Positions 37,816 through 46,101 of a stretch of DNA of 64,000 nt are shown here, piece after piece. The stretch's first letter is position 1. Every line of letters starts with the position of its first letter. Location of the stretch: IMG/VR virus record IMGVR_UViG_3300017963_000188, positions 62,001-126,000 of that record; one strand, written 5' to 3'. A program made the position numbers and the translations under genes. The notes under the pieces were generated by a model. It searched no databases, was not told the origin of the DNA, and was given only the letters and a program-made list of their open reading frames with translations.

Positions 37816-38538
37816 CTAAAATAGTTCCAGTTGCACTGGTATTCTAGGTTCCTTTCCTTTGATATATAATCTCTTATATCGACCAGAAGGAACCATCACA
37901 ATGTTGTCGATCACAATACCCTCTTGGATATATTTTGACAAACATAGACGTGCCGTACTGGTCGTTCTATAATGATGCTTGATATTATCTATAGCCTCTT
38001 TGAGATGGCAGCCTGGATGTAGGCTTACAAATCTAACAAGGTCTGAAACAGTTAATTGGAAGGGAGTAAAATACTTGTTCTGGTCATTACCTGCTTCTGC
38101 CCATGTCTTATGTTCTTCTCGTAAATTTTTCTTGAGCAACCAATGGACCTTTCTACGAAACTTTGGTTCCATAGATTCTATAACTTGATTATTTTTTCTA
38201 ACGTTTATTTCTATAAGTCCAATTCCAAAATGTTTACATAACGATGCTTCAAAGTCTCTTCGACCTGAGCTGTAAGACCTCCATTGGCCTTTTTTCTTTG
38301 GGACTGCTATTGAAACTCTATGGGCATATCTTGTCCAGAACATGGCTTGCTCAAGCACTTTGAGACTGAAACTGGTCTTCACCTCAATGACCCATAATAC
38401 AGGGTTCATCTTGGCTACAATGTCAGCTCTTGAACTGGTTCTGCTAGGATCAATCTCTACTTCTTGGTAAACTTCCCAATGGTGGTCCTGAAGCCAGTCC
38501 ACAACTGACTTTGCAATGTCAGATTCTTTTATTTTCAT
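37816..38538 (-). CDS. PD-(D/E)xK nuclease-like (MmcB-like) protein
   Basis: VYQEV...RADIVA...VIEVKTS. Confidence 0.7.
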   Translation of the reverse strand: MKIKESDIAKSVVDWLQDHHWEVYQEVEIDPSRTSSRADIVAKMNPVLWVIEVKTSFSLKVLEQAMFWTRYAHRVSIAVPKKKGQWRSYSSGRRDFEASLCKHFGIGLIEINVRKNNQVIESMEPKFRRKVHWLLKKNLREEHKTWAEAGNDQNKYFTPFQLTVSDLVRFVSLHPGCHLKEAIDNIKHHYRTTSTARLCLSKYIQEGIVIDNIVMVPSGRYKRLYIKGKEPRIPVQLELF

Positions 38539-39551
38539 TACTTGAGTTTGTTAGGAACGATCTGGGAATGCATCCAATGAGTAGAGGTTTGCACATGACC
38601 TTTTCTTACATATTTGGCAGTTGATTTTCTGAAATCCCGGTATCGAAATTCATCAACCACTCTGATTACATATCCTTCACATTCATCGTTGTCATAAGTT
38701 TCCTGGTACAAATTCTTAATGGTCTCTTCATCCCATATCCCTCTATAAAGAACCGGTACTGTTTCAAGACCTAAGAGTTGACACCATTCTACTGTGTCAT
38801 CCCAGGATAGGCAACGATTATTTTCATCCCAGATCGAGAATGTCATGAAATAACTGGGAAGATTCTCGTAGCTTATGGAATGAGCTGCATATAAATTCTC
38901 TCCACAAATTCTCCAATCTCTGGGGATCTCATAAGCCACTGAAGCATGGAGTGACTTCACCCAATGCCTCGATTCATGGTCCTTCGAGGTGATAGAACGA
39001 GCATGGATGTGACCTTGGTACATGGTAGTATTCTCACCATCCATCTTAATGGTCACTACAACTTCTTTACCTTCAAATTGGGAAGTATCCTGAAGGATCT
39101 TATCATCATCAGAAGCTCCAGGACTCCATGGTAAATGATAGGTCCTTGGATATTTATAGAACCCTATGAACGTGATCAGAGGATTTGCAGATCGAATCAT
39201 TTTCTCAGATTCAGAATATAATTCACCATGAAACCTGACCTTATGAGTCTTATCAGTACAGGGATTACCCCACTTGTCATACTCACCTTTTTTAAGATGA
39301 GGGGGTAGTAAGATAGTCTCGATACCAGCAGCTTCCCTAACCTCATTGGTGCTGACCGAAGTATCCTCAGCTTTGATGTGACAATCAGAACAAAGGGCAG
39401 CACCATTATCTAGATAGTATCCACCATCATCCCAAAGTTTACGTTCCATGATGTGGTGAGCATCTGAGGCAGGAGCCTGACAGATCACGCACTTGTGACC
39501 ATCTCGGTCCATTACGTTCTGTCTGAACTGGTCTCTAGTAAGCAGCATCAC
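38538..39551 (-). CDS. HNH domain fused to RNA ligase family domain
   Basis: RDGHKCVIC..DAHH..LCSDCH; KYPRTYHL, KMDGEN, GENL, EGYVIR, AKYVR. Confidence 0.85.
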   Translation of the reverse strand: MMLLTRDQFRQNVMDRDGHKCVICQAPASDAHHIMERKLWDDGGYYLDNGAALCSDCHIKAEDTSVSTNEVREAAGIETILLPPHLKKGEYDKWGNPCTDKTHKVRFHGELYSESEKMIRSANPLITFIGFYKYPRTYHLPWSPGASDDDKILQDTSQFEGKEVVVTIKMDGENTTMYQGHIHARSITSKDHESRHWVKSLHASVAYEIPRDWRICGENLYAAHSISYENLPSYFMTFSIWDENNRCLSWDDTVEWCQLLGLETVPVLYRGIWDEETIKNLYQETYDNDECEGYVIRVVDEFRYRDFRKSTAKYVRKGHVQTSTHWMHSQIVPNKLK

Positions 39552-39603
39552 ATCCTCCTGTACCTATATACTGAAAAAGTTTGATTCTCTAAAGTATATA
39601 TTT

Positions 39604-39631
39604 AAAAATCTGTTTTGTTTCGGTATATGAT
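39604..39631 (+). promoter_or_regulatory. class A promoter cassette
   Basis: AAAAATCTG-N8-CGGTATA-N7-AGGAGGTG. Confidence 0.7.
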
Positions 39632-39646
39632 AGTAGGAGGTGAGAT

Positions 39647-39811
39647 ATGAAAGCATGGGGAATTGAACATCTAGAAGAATTGAAGCAGGCCCAACAGGTC
39701 CAACCACAGCAACTCCAATTGGAACTTGATGTGCCTACCTATCCTGAGTACGATAATTCTGAAGAGAAATTTGATTCAGAAGTGAGTTTTGAGGTTGATT
39801 TCTCGATCTAA
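39647..39811 (+). CDS. 54-aa acidic protein (below ORF-track cutoff)
   Basis: MKAWGIEHLEELKQ...; cassette and AGGAGG SD. Confidence 0.6.
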   Translation: MKAWGIEHLEELKQAQQVQPQQLQLELDVPTYPEYDNSEEKFDSEVSFEVDFSI

Positions 39812-40143
39812 CGTCTACGAGTCCTACGAACCCTATTTTGCCTAGCCTTACGAGCCTTACGTTTTTTAGCACCCATGATAGCTCTTTGAGCTTCTTGGAC
39901 AGCTTTAGATAGATCTTCAACCTTTCTCAGTTCCTGATCGCTAAGGTCTTGAATCTTGACATCACCCCAACCTTTGAATAGCTCTTCTAGATCTTCACCA
40001 AGATCCTTGAACATTTCAACGTCTTGAGCTTTCTTATTTCTAGCAGTCCTAACTACTTCTGTTGGGATCACCCATTCATTGTCGTGGGACTTGTGAATTT
40101 TACGAGCCCTACGGGGGCTTCGATTATCATTGTAACGGTACAT
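39808..40143 (-). CDS. basic protein with MYRY N-terminus and Arg/Lys tail
   Basis: 111 aa, AAGGAG SD; RNKKAQ; ends RRTRRR. Confidence 0.75.
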   Translation of the reverse strand: MYRYNDNRSPRRARKIHKSHDNEWVIPTEVVRTARNKKAQDVEMFKDLGEDLEELFKGWGDVKIQDLSDQELRKVEDLSKAVQEAQRAIMGAKKRKARKARQNRVRRTRRR

Positions 40144-40247
40144 TTGTATCTCCTTATTCAGGTTTGGTCCTCTCTAGACAAAAGTTAAAAAAAGATAACA
40201 AATCTAGATCTTCTATGAAAAAGTCACTTTTCTAGATTTTTTAATTC

Positions 40248-40276
40248 AAAAATCTGGATCATTTCAGTATAGAACT
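40248..40276 (+). promoter_or_regulatory. class A promoter cassette
   Basis: AAAAATCTG-N8-CAGTATA-N7-AGGAGGTG. Confidence 0.7.
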
Positions 40277-40291
40277 ATAGGAGGTGACGAG

Positions 40292-40816
40292 ATGTCATAC
40301 CAAGATTCCAAAGCATGTGAGATGGTCGCAACCCACTGCTGCTGCTGCTCCCGTCCATTGGTCGATGCCAAGTCGGTTGAGATCGGTATTGGCCCTATCT
40401 GTCGTAGCAAGTACGGCTTCGATATCGATGTGGATGAAGAGAGTCGTGAGAAAGCTAACAAGCTGGTCTACAAGGTTGCCTGTGATCCTTCTCATCCCGA
40501 AGCTGTTGACCATTGCAAGGAACTCCATGACCTGGGATTCCATGTTCTGGCCAGCAAGGTCATGTCTGCTGTGGCTGCCATCCAGATTACCATGACCGAT
40601 GCAGAGCATCCTCACGGTCCTGGTCGTCTCTCGGTCAAGACCCCCTACAGCCCCGATGTGGTCGAAGCGATGCGTTGCATCCGTGGTCGTAGGTGGGACA
40701 AGGAAGGGAAGGTCAACACTTTCCCGATCAGCTCCAAGGCTGACCTGTGGAAGATGATGCAGACTTTTTACAAGGGTCGTGTTGTTGTGGGTCCGAAAGG
40801 CCCCTTCACTATCTGA
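40292..40816 (+). CDS. DUF6011-like zinc-binding protein with HARP-like C-terminus
   Basis: CCCSRPLVD.KS...GIGPIC; PYSPDVVEAMRCIRGRRWD. Confidence 0.65.
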   Translation: MSYQDSKACEMVATHCCCCSRPLVDAKSVEIGIGPICRSKYGFDIDVDEESREKANKLVYKVACDPSHPEAVDHCKELHDLGFHVLASKVMSAVAAIQITMTDAEHPHGPGRLSVKTPYSPDVVEAMRCIRGRRWDKEGKVNTFPISSKADLWKMMQTFYKGRVVVGPKGPFTI

Positions 40817-40858
40817 GTAGTATAACTGTAGGAGTGGTAACAACCATAGGAGAACGTT

Positions 40859-41665
40859 ATGGCTACCAATCACGAGGCAATCGTCAAGCGGACCAACCTG
40901 TACTACATTGATCCCCAACAGATCAAGGTGATTGAGGGGTGGAACAAGCGAAAGGACTTTGGAGATCTGGAGGCTCTCTGTCAGTCCATCATCAATCACC
41001 CTGGGGTCAAGGTCCCTCTCCGAGTCAAGAAGGATTCCGAGGGGAACATCACCCTGATCGATGGTGAGCGTAGGCTCAAAGCCACCATGATGGCTATTGA
41101 GCGTGGTCACGATATCAAGGCTGTTCCTGCCATCATTGAGGATCGGAAGATGTCTCAGGTCGAGATGATGTACCTCCAGATCCTGGCCAATGACGGTAAG
41201 AATTTCGATCCGGTGGAAGAGGCTCATGCCTTCAATCAGCTCCTTCAGTGGGGCTCCACCATCGACGAGATTGCCACGAAGCTGGGCAAATCTTCGGTCC
41301 ATGTCAGGGAACGTCTGGTCCTGATCAATGCTGTCCCTGAGGTTCAGAAGGCTGTTGCTGATCAGACCATTCCCATCGGTGAGGGTAAGCGAATCGTGAA
41401 GGAATCCGATGGTGATGTGGAGAAGCAGCGTCAGGCTCTCAAGGCTGAGGTGAGCAAGCGAGCTACCAAGAAGGCCAACAAGGAAGCTGGGGTGAAGACG
41501 GAAAAGACCCCAGACTTGGAGCGTGTCCTGAAGGTCTTGAAGATTGAGATGAAGAAGGGCACTCCCAAGGAAGATCAGATGGTCTTTGCCTCTGAGATTC
41601 GTGGTATCGTTTCCATGGTCATGGAAAACATCGAGACTATGGGAAATCTCAAGCCCACCAAGTAG
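40859..41665 (+). CDS. ParB/Spo0J-like protein
   Basis: PLRV...LIDGERRLKA; FDPVEEAHAF..L; EIATKLGKS HTH. Confidence 0.88.
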   Translation: MATNHEAIVKRTNLYYIDPQQIKVIEGWNKRKDFGDLEALCQSIINHPGVKVPLRVKKDSEGNITLIDGERRLKATMMAIERGHDIKAVPAIIEDRKMSQVEMMYLQILANDGKNFDPVEEAHAFNQLLQWGSTIDEIATKLGKSSVHVRERLVLINAVPEVQKAVADQTIPIGEGKRIVKESDGDVEKQRQALKAEVSKRATKKANKEAGVKTEKTPDLERVLKVLKIEMKKGTPKEDQMVFASEIRGIVSMVMENIETMGNLKPTK

Positions 41666-41671
41666 TTCTTC

Positions 41672-41699
41672 AAAAATCTGAAAACCCTCAGTATATAAT
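41672..41699 (+). promoter_or_regulatory. class A promoter cassette
   Basis: AAAAATCTG-N8-CAGTATATAAT-AGGAGGTG. Confidence 0.7.
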
Positions 41700-41714
41700 C
41701 TTAGGAGGTGCTCC

Positions 41715-42017
41715 ATGAAAGTCACCACTGAGAAAGGTCATCCAGCTCTTATCGATGGAGCTGTCAGAATCACTTTCAAAGACCATACCGGCAAGACCAT
41801 GACCTGGCTTGCCAAAAAGATTGGTACATGCACCTGGAAGAGACTTGATCTAGAAGGTGGTTGGTGGCAAAAAAGCACCACCGAGAATGGCACTGAAATT
41901 GTAAAGGAAGAGGTGCTTGTAGCCAATCCTGACGAATTTCTCAAACACATCTTGATGCGAATGAATCTTCATTATGGTAAATATGAACCCATCACAGGCG
42001 AAGAAAAGGAGCGTTAA
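41715..42017 (+). CDS. hypothetical protein
   Basis: 100 aa, cassette upstream. Confidence 0.7.
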   Translation: MKVTTEKGHPALIDGAVRITFKDHTGKTMTWLAKKIGTCTWKRLDLEGGWWQKSTTENGTEIVKEEVLVANPDEFLKHILMRMNLHYGKYEPITGEEKER

Positions 42018-42021
42018 ATGT

Positions 42022-42099
42022 GGCAAAGAATCCGGCAAAGAATCCGGCAACCATTGCCGGATTCTGGGGATAAGTAAAATATTGAAATGTATCCGGCAA
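42022..42099. repeat. ATCCGGCAA direct and inverted repeat cluster
   Basis: copies at 42030, 42042, 42091 (+) and 42054..42062 (reverse complement). Confidence 0.85.
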
Positions 42100-42109
42100 G
42101 GAGATTAAG

Positions 42110-42349
42110 ATGAAATGTAAATTTTGTGGTGGCACTGCTGGGTCATTGATTGATGGGGCTCATGCTTTGTGTGCGGCTCGTAAGGAACGTAACCTTCCAA
42201 CACCATGTCTAGGATATCGATGTCAGACCTGTAATGGGCATGGTCGAATCCCCAAGACCAAATATGGACCAATAAATCCAAACCAAGCAGCTATTGATGC
42301 CTGGGCTCCACCATGTCCTGATTGTGATGGGAAGGGACATACTTTCTGA
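42110..42349 (+). CDS. Cys-rich small protein
   Basis: 79 aa; DnaJ-like CxxCxGxG repeats. Confidence 0.65.
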   Translation: MKCKFCGGTAGSLIDGAHALCAARKERNLPTPCLGYRCQTCNGHGRIPKTKYGPINPNQAAIDAWAPPCPDCDGKGHTF

Positions 42350-42388
42350 ACCTTTAAATATTTCCTGCATTTTTTCATTTTTTAATTT

Positions 42389-42416
42389 AAAAATCTGAAA
42401 AGTATCAGTATAGAAT
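42389..42416 (+). promoter_or_regulatory. class A promoter cassette
   Basis: AAAAATCTG-N8-CAGTATAGAAT-AGGAGGTG. Confidence 0.7.
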
Positions 42417-42432
42417 AGTAGGAGGTGACGAT

Positions 42433-43005
42433 ATGATGAAAGGCTGCCGACCACTCAATGAGCAAGAAGTAGAAAAAATCATCAGTTTCTTCAGCAAGAA
42501 CCGCTATGGGCTTCGTGACATTGCCTTGGTTCTGTTGGGACTTTACACTGGTCGTCGTATCAGCCAACTTCTGTCCGTCAAGGTTGAGGATGTCTACAAC
42601 TCCAAGACCGATAAGGTAAACGACCGTCTCTGGTTTGCTCGTCAACATGTCAAGGGTAAACGTGAAGGTGAGGTCGTGATACTTCATCCCAAAGTCAAGA
42701 CTGCCATCAAGACTTGGGTGGAGGCTATGCCTACTTCTGACTTCTTGTTCTGTTCCCAGAAAGGTGGGGCTATCTCTCGGATGCAAGCTCATCGAATCCT
42801 CAAAGAGGCTGTAGAAGTCTTAAACCTAGAAGGCAAGGTTGCCACTCATAGCATGAGGAAAACCTTTGCCAAGAAGATGTACGGTGCCCTGGACAATGAT
42901 ATCTATCGTCTCCAAAGGGCTATGGGTCACACTGATATCAAGACCACTGTGAAGTACCTGAGCTTCCAGCAGGAAGATATCGATGATGCTATCCTGGGGA
43001 TGTAA
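42433..43005 (+). CDS. tyrosine recombinase, catalytic domain only
   Basis: GRRISQLL (R), HSMRKTF (HxxR), MGH, TVKYL (Y); 190 aa. Confidence 0.92.
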   Translation: MMKGCRPLNEQEVEKIISFFSKNRYGLRDIALVLLGLYTGRRISQLLSVKVEDVYNSKTDKVNDRLWFARQHVKGKREGEVVILHPKVKTAIKTWVEAMPTSDFLFCSQKGGAISRMQAHRILKEAVEVLNLEGKVATHSMRKTFAKKMYGALDNDIYRLQRAMGHTDIKTTVKYLSFQQEDIDDAILGM

Positions 43006-43006
43006 G

Positions 43007-43381
43007 ATGAAGATTGGAATACAGCAAGCCTCAAAGCTCCAACAGAACATGTCAGCTACACACCATCTTGATCGTTGTATTCACTGCGGTAAGCCAGAAG
43101 GTGATATACGATATCACCAAGATGGAGAATGTGGTAGTTACCAAAGAATATTTATAAAAACCGGAACCACTTTTGAAAACGCTACCTCTCTACAGAGATT
43201 GAAAGAGATAGAACATACTATCCCTTACATGGAGCATGAACTAACCTATGGGTGGGGCTCTCAAGAAGAGCTTGATGAGGCTCGTAAAGAAGCTGCTGAG
43301 TTGAGAAAAAAATTAGGTTTGGGATGGTATGGCTATGAACCTATTGATCAATCCGAGCCAGAATCCGATCCACAACATTAG
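43007..43381 (+). CDS. hypothetical protein
   Basis: ATG right after recombinase stop. Confidence 0.6.
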   Translation: MKIGIQQASKLQQNMSATHHLDRCIHCGKPEGDIRYHQDGECGSYQRIFIKTGTTFENATSLQRLKEIEHTIPYMEHELTYGWGSQEELDEARKEAAELRKKLGLGWYGYEPIDQSEPESDPQH

Positions 43382-43604
43382 CCTCTCTGAATAATTCTAC
43401 CCCAGCTCGTTCCTTCAAAGCATCTCCCAACATTATCATTGTTGAGGTAGCTTCTGAAAGATGATCTGAAACATCCTGAAGAGCATCATCAATATCGATG
43501 CGTTTAAATTCTCGTGGTAGAGGTACAGAGTCTATAAACTCTTTGGTCTTACGTAACTCTTCAAAGACCTCTTCCAACTTATCATAGACTTCTGAAGGTC
43601 TCAT
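43341..43604 (-). CDS. helical hypothetical protein with C-terminal NVVDRILAR motif
   Basis: ATGA coupling at 43601-04. Confidence 0.7.
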   Translation of the reverse strand: MRPSEVYDKLEEVFEELRKTKEFIDSVPLPREFKRIDIDDALQDVSDHLSEATSTMIMLGDALKERAGVELFREANVVDRILARIDQ

Positions 43605-43887
43605 TTCCACCAGTAGTTCCATCTATTTTTGGTTGTGCCCATACCATCGACAACCTGAGTGAGTTTACTTGTCCATGAGAAAAACTCATTCAGTGTATCT
43701 TCAATCTCACCTTCTAGTCCCTGACGACCAGCTTCAGAAAGTTCTTCTAAAAGTTCCTCAAGTGTGTCTTGAGATTCTTCTAGCTGCCCAATTCCTTCTC
43801 TAGCTTTAGTGATAGCATCATTGAGTTTATTGACATATCCAGACATCTCTGGAAGAGCAGCAGATTTTTTGTTCGATACCGGTACAT
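43601..43887 (-). CDS. helical protein; MYRY start (43887) joins body only via -1 frameshift
   Basis: AGGAGG SD before 43887; A AAA AAT run; track ORF 43601..43846 has no SD. Confidence 0.6.
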
Positions 43888-43930
43888 GGTAAGCCTCCTT
43901 TATATCTATAAAAGCAAACTTATAAAATGA

Positions 43931-44584
43931 TTATGATTTCAATTCACAGTGATGTTGGATCATCTCGATGATTTTTTGGGGGTCTTGATTGTCGATGTTC
44001 CATGGGATATCTATGATGTGCATACCTCTTGACCAAGGATGCATTCCTGATCTCATTTCCACCAGTAGGTCTAAATATCCCTTTTGAAGGTCCTTTAGAT
44101 AATCAAGAGTGATGTCTTTTTCCGCTTCACGTCCACGCTTCCCTATTCGTTCTAGAGCAACTTTTGGATCTGTATCAAGCCAAATCATTAGTGAAGGTGG
44201 AATAAGGCTACAAGCCATAATCTCGTAACACTGAGAGTATGTTTCCCACTCTAGCTGAGCTATGTTTTCATACAGCATATGGAGATGGCAGAATACTCTA
44301 TCTCCTGGCATTGAACGGTCAATTACAGCTCCAGACCAAGCACTATCAGGACTCACAACATCATAGGCAGCAGCTTTTTGCATAGCATACCTTCTATATA
44401 GAAGATCAATCTGCATGGGAAAAGCCCAACGCTTTGGCTCCTGATAAAATAGTTCAAGATAAGGATTTGACTTCACAGGTTCCTGAAGGACCCGGAATCC
44501 AAGAACCTCACCAATTTTCTTAGCTAGGGTGCTCTTGCCACATCCAATGATACCTTCAAGAACAACCAATGGTTTTTTCTTCAT
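43931..44584 (-). CDS. deoxynucleoside kinase
   Basis: LEGIIGCGKST, QEPV, IDRSMPGDRVF, RIGKRGREAE. Confidence 0.92.
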   Translation of the reverse strand: MKKKPLVVLEGIIGCGKSTLAKKIGEVLGFRVLQEPVKSNPYLELFYQEPKRWAFPMQIDLLYRRYAMQKAAAYDVVSPDSAWSGAVIDRSMPGDRVFCHLHMLYENIAQLEWETYSQCYEIMACSLIPPSLMIWLDTDPKVALERIGKRGREAEKDITLDYLKDLQKGYLDLLVEMRSGMHPWSRGMHIIDIPWNIDNQDPQKIIEMIQHHCELKS

Positions 44585-45504
44585 GACTCCTCCTTCTTTT
44601 TCTTGGGTGGTTTACTATTTGGGTTGTTGTTCCAATACTCCAAACCTCTAAATTCTCCCCTGTATTCAAAATCATCAAATACAGCAGGCCAACGCTGGAT
44701 ACATTCTTTCAGTAGATTCACCATGGTACGACGGATCTCCCAGTGTGCAGGCCAATCACATCGCATCTTGAAGACATGTCTCCACTCCCTGAAATTAGCT
44801 GACATGACTATTTTTGAAGTTATACCAATTGGGAGGAACTGTCTAGCATTCTCAGGTTTGTGTTTATTTTTTCTGAGATTTCGATAGACTTGTTCATTCA
44901 AAGCTATCCAATCTTCTATAGATATTTGAATCTTGTTTCTATCTAACAAAGGTTCTAAAGATTTTGTGATGTCAGATAGTAAACCCAATTGAATACCGAG
45001 CTGACCGGATATAAAATTATCATCTATCTGAATATTTGAGAGTTTATAAGATACAGATTCAATTGATTTCTTCAACGTCAACAAATCACTGTGAACCAAT
45101 GATATTACCTGGTTAGTTGCAGCTTTACCCATCTTCTTTTGATACTCGTTAATATCCAGTTCTAAGACGATTTCCATACGATCCATTGTAGGTGGAAGTA
45201 CAAATTGAAAATCGGATTCATCTACATATCGAGTTGATTCTTGACCAAATGCGGCAAGTCTATGTCTAACCAACTCATGGGTGAAACCTCTAGAATGATC
45301 ATTAAATTCCACTGTCATGAAACTATGTTCAATCATAGCTTCATGCCCACGTCTACGAAGCATTCTCACAAATGTATCTGCTGATTCTTCTGTGATTTTC
45401 TCTTCAGATCTATAACAAGTTCTTCCCGCATCTTCAATAGTTCTAAGAGGTGTGTCATAGACCGCTATGATTCGATAATTACCAGCGTCTTGAAAGATTT
45501 CCAT
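44581..45504 (-). CDS. thyX: FAD-dependent thymidylate synthase with internal insertion
   Basis: GHEAMIEH, SRGFTHELVRHR...QESTRY, ARQFLP, AHWEIR. Confidence 0.93.
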   Translation of the reverse strand: MEIFQDAGNYRIIAVYDTPLRTIEDAGRTCYRSEEKITEESADTFVRMLRRRGHEAMIEHSFMTVEFNDHSRGFTHELVRHRLAAFGQESTRYVDESDFQFVLPPTMDRMEIVLELDINEYQKKMGKAATNQVISLVHSDLLTLKKSIESVSYKLSNIQIDDNFISGQLGIQLGLLSDITKSLEPLLDRNKIQISIEDWIALNEQVYRNLRKNKHKPENARQFLPIGITSKIVMSANFREWRHVFKMRCDWPAHWEIRRTMVNLLKECIQRWPAVFDDFEYRGEFRGLEYWNNNPNSKPPKKKKEES

Positions 45505-45559
45505 GATGTGTCCTTTGTTAGGGGGTCCAGATTTTTGATATTATACTAGCAGAAAAAAT

Positions 45560-45597
45560 TAATGGGAGAGCATCGAAGGGGGGATGCTCTCCCATTA
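45560..45597 (-). terminator. rho-independent terminator
   Basis: 15-bp perfect stem 45560-74/45583-97 then T-run on minus strand. Confidence 0.75.
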
Positions 45598-45672
45598 GAG
45601 AGTTTTGCAAAGAGCCTCCTCTAAAGGGAGTTCCCAGGATTGGGACTAGAGGTGAAGACCCCTTGCGGTCTA
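45560..45672 (-). ncRNA. candidate ~115-nt small RNA
   Basis: stems 45656-60/45667-71, 45618-23/45647-52, 45632-36/45641-45 plus terminator; no ORF. Confidence 0.45.
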
Positions 45673-45693
45673 CTACTATACTATAGAACTATA

Positions 45694-46101
45694 TTAATAG
45701 GTTTTGCGTACAGCAAGACCTTCATTTACAAGGATGTCATTGAGGCAGAACAGGTTTCCTTCGGCATCTATTTTGTAGATCTCTGCTAAGTATCTGCCGT
45801 ATTTTCCTGTTTTATCTTCTATGGTTTTGATCCAAAGGTCAGCATTATAGATATATTCTGAAACTCTAGCAGCAGCTTTCTTCCCTGCTTCATATTCTTC
45901 TGAGCCCTTTTTGACTCCATATGTTTCAGGGGTATCTATCCCATAGAGACGAACTCTTTGTCTAGAAAAAATATTGAGCCCAAGGTCTATCTCTAGATCT
46001 AAGGTGTCTCCATCAACGACACGTACACAGGTAGCTTTGTACCAATAGAGTTTATCTTCATGATTTTCCATAATCATTACTCTTCCATGTATTCTACCCA
46101 C
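45694..46101 (-). CDS. thermonuclease (SNase-like)
   Basis: VVDGDTL, RVRLYGIDTPE, GKYGRYLA, LVNEGLA. Confidence 0.92.
   Translation of the reverse strand: MGRIHGRVMIMENHEDKLYWYKATCVRVVDGDTLDLEIDLGLNIFSRQRVRLYGIDTPETYGVKKGSEEYEAGKKAAARVSEYIYNADLWIKTIEDKTGKYGRYLAEIYKIDAEGNLFCLNDILVNEGLAVRKTY

Noticed and set aside
6320-39860. TTACGAGCCTTACG shared by HU and the 39808 gene
   Set aside because: Both encode RKARK-type basic runs; coincidental.
40295-41728. 477-aa minus-strand ORF
   Set aside because: Antisense shadow of the 40292 and ParB genes, which have SDs, promoters and motifs.
42433-43005. Prophage integrase with att site
   Set aside because: No arm-binding or core-binding domain, no host flank and no duplicated tRNA 3' fragment nearby.
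44581-45504. Intein in ThyX
   Set aside because: No Cys/Ser start, His-Asn end or LAGLIDADG motif.
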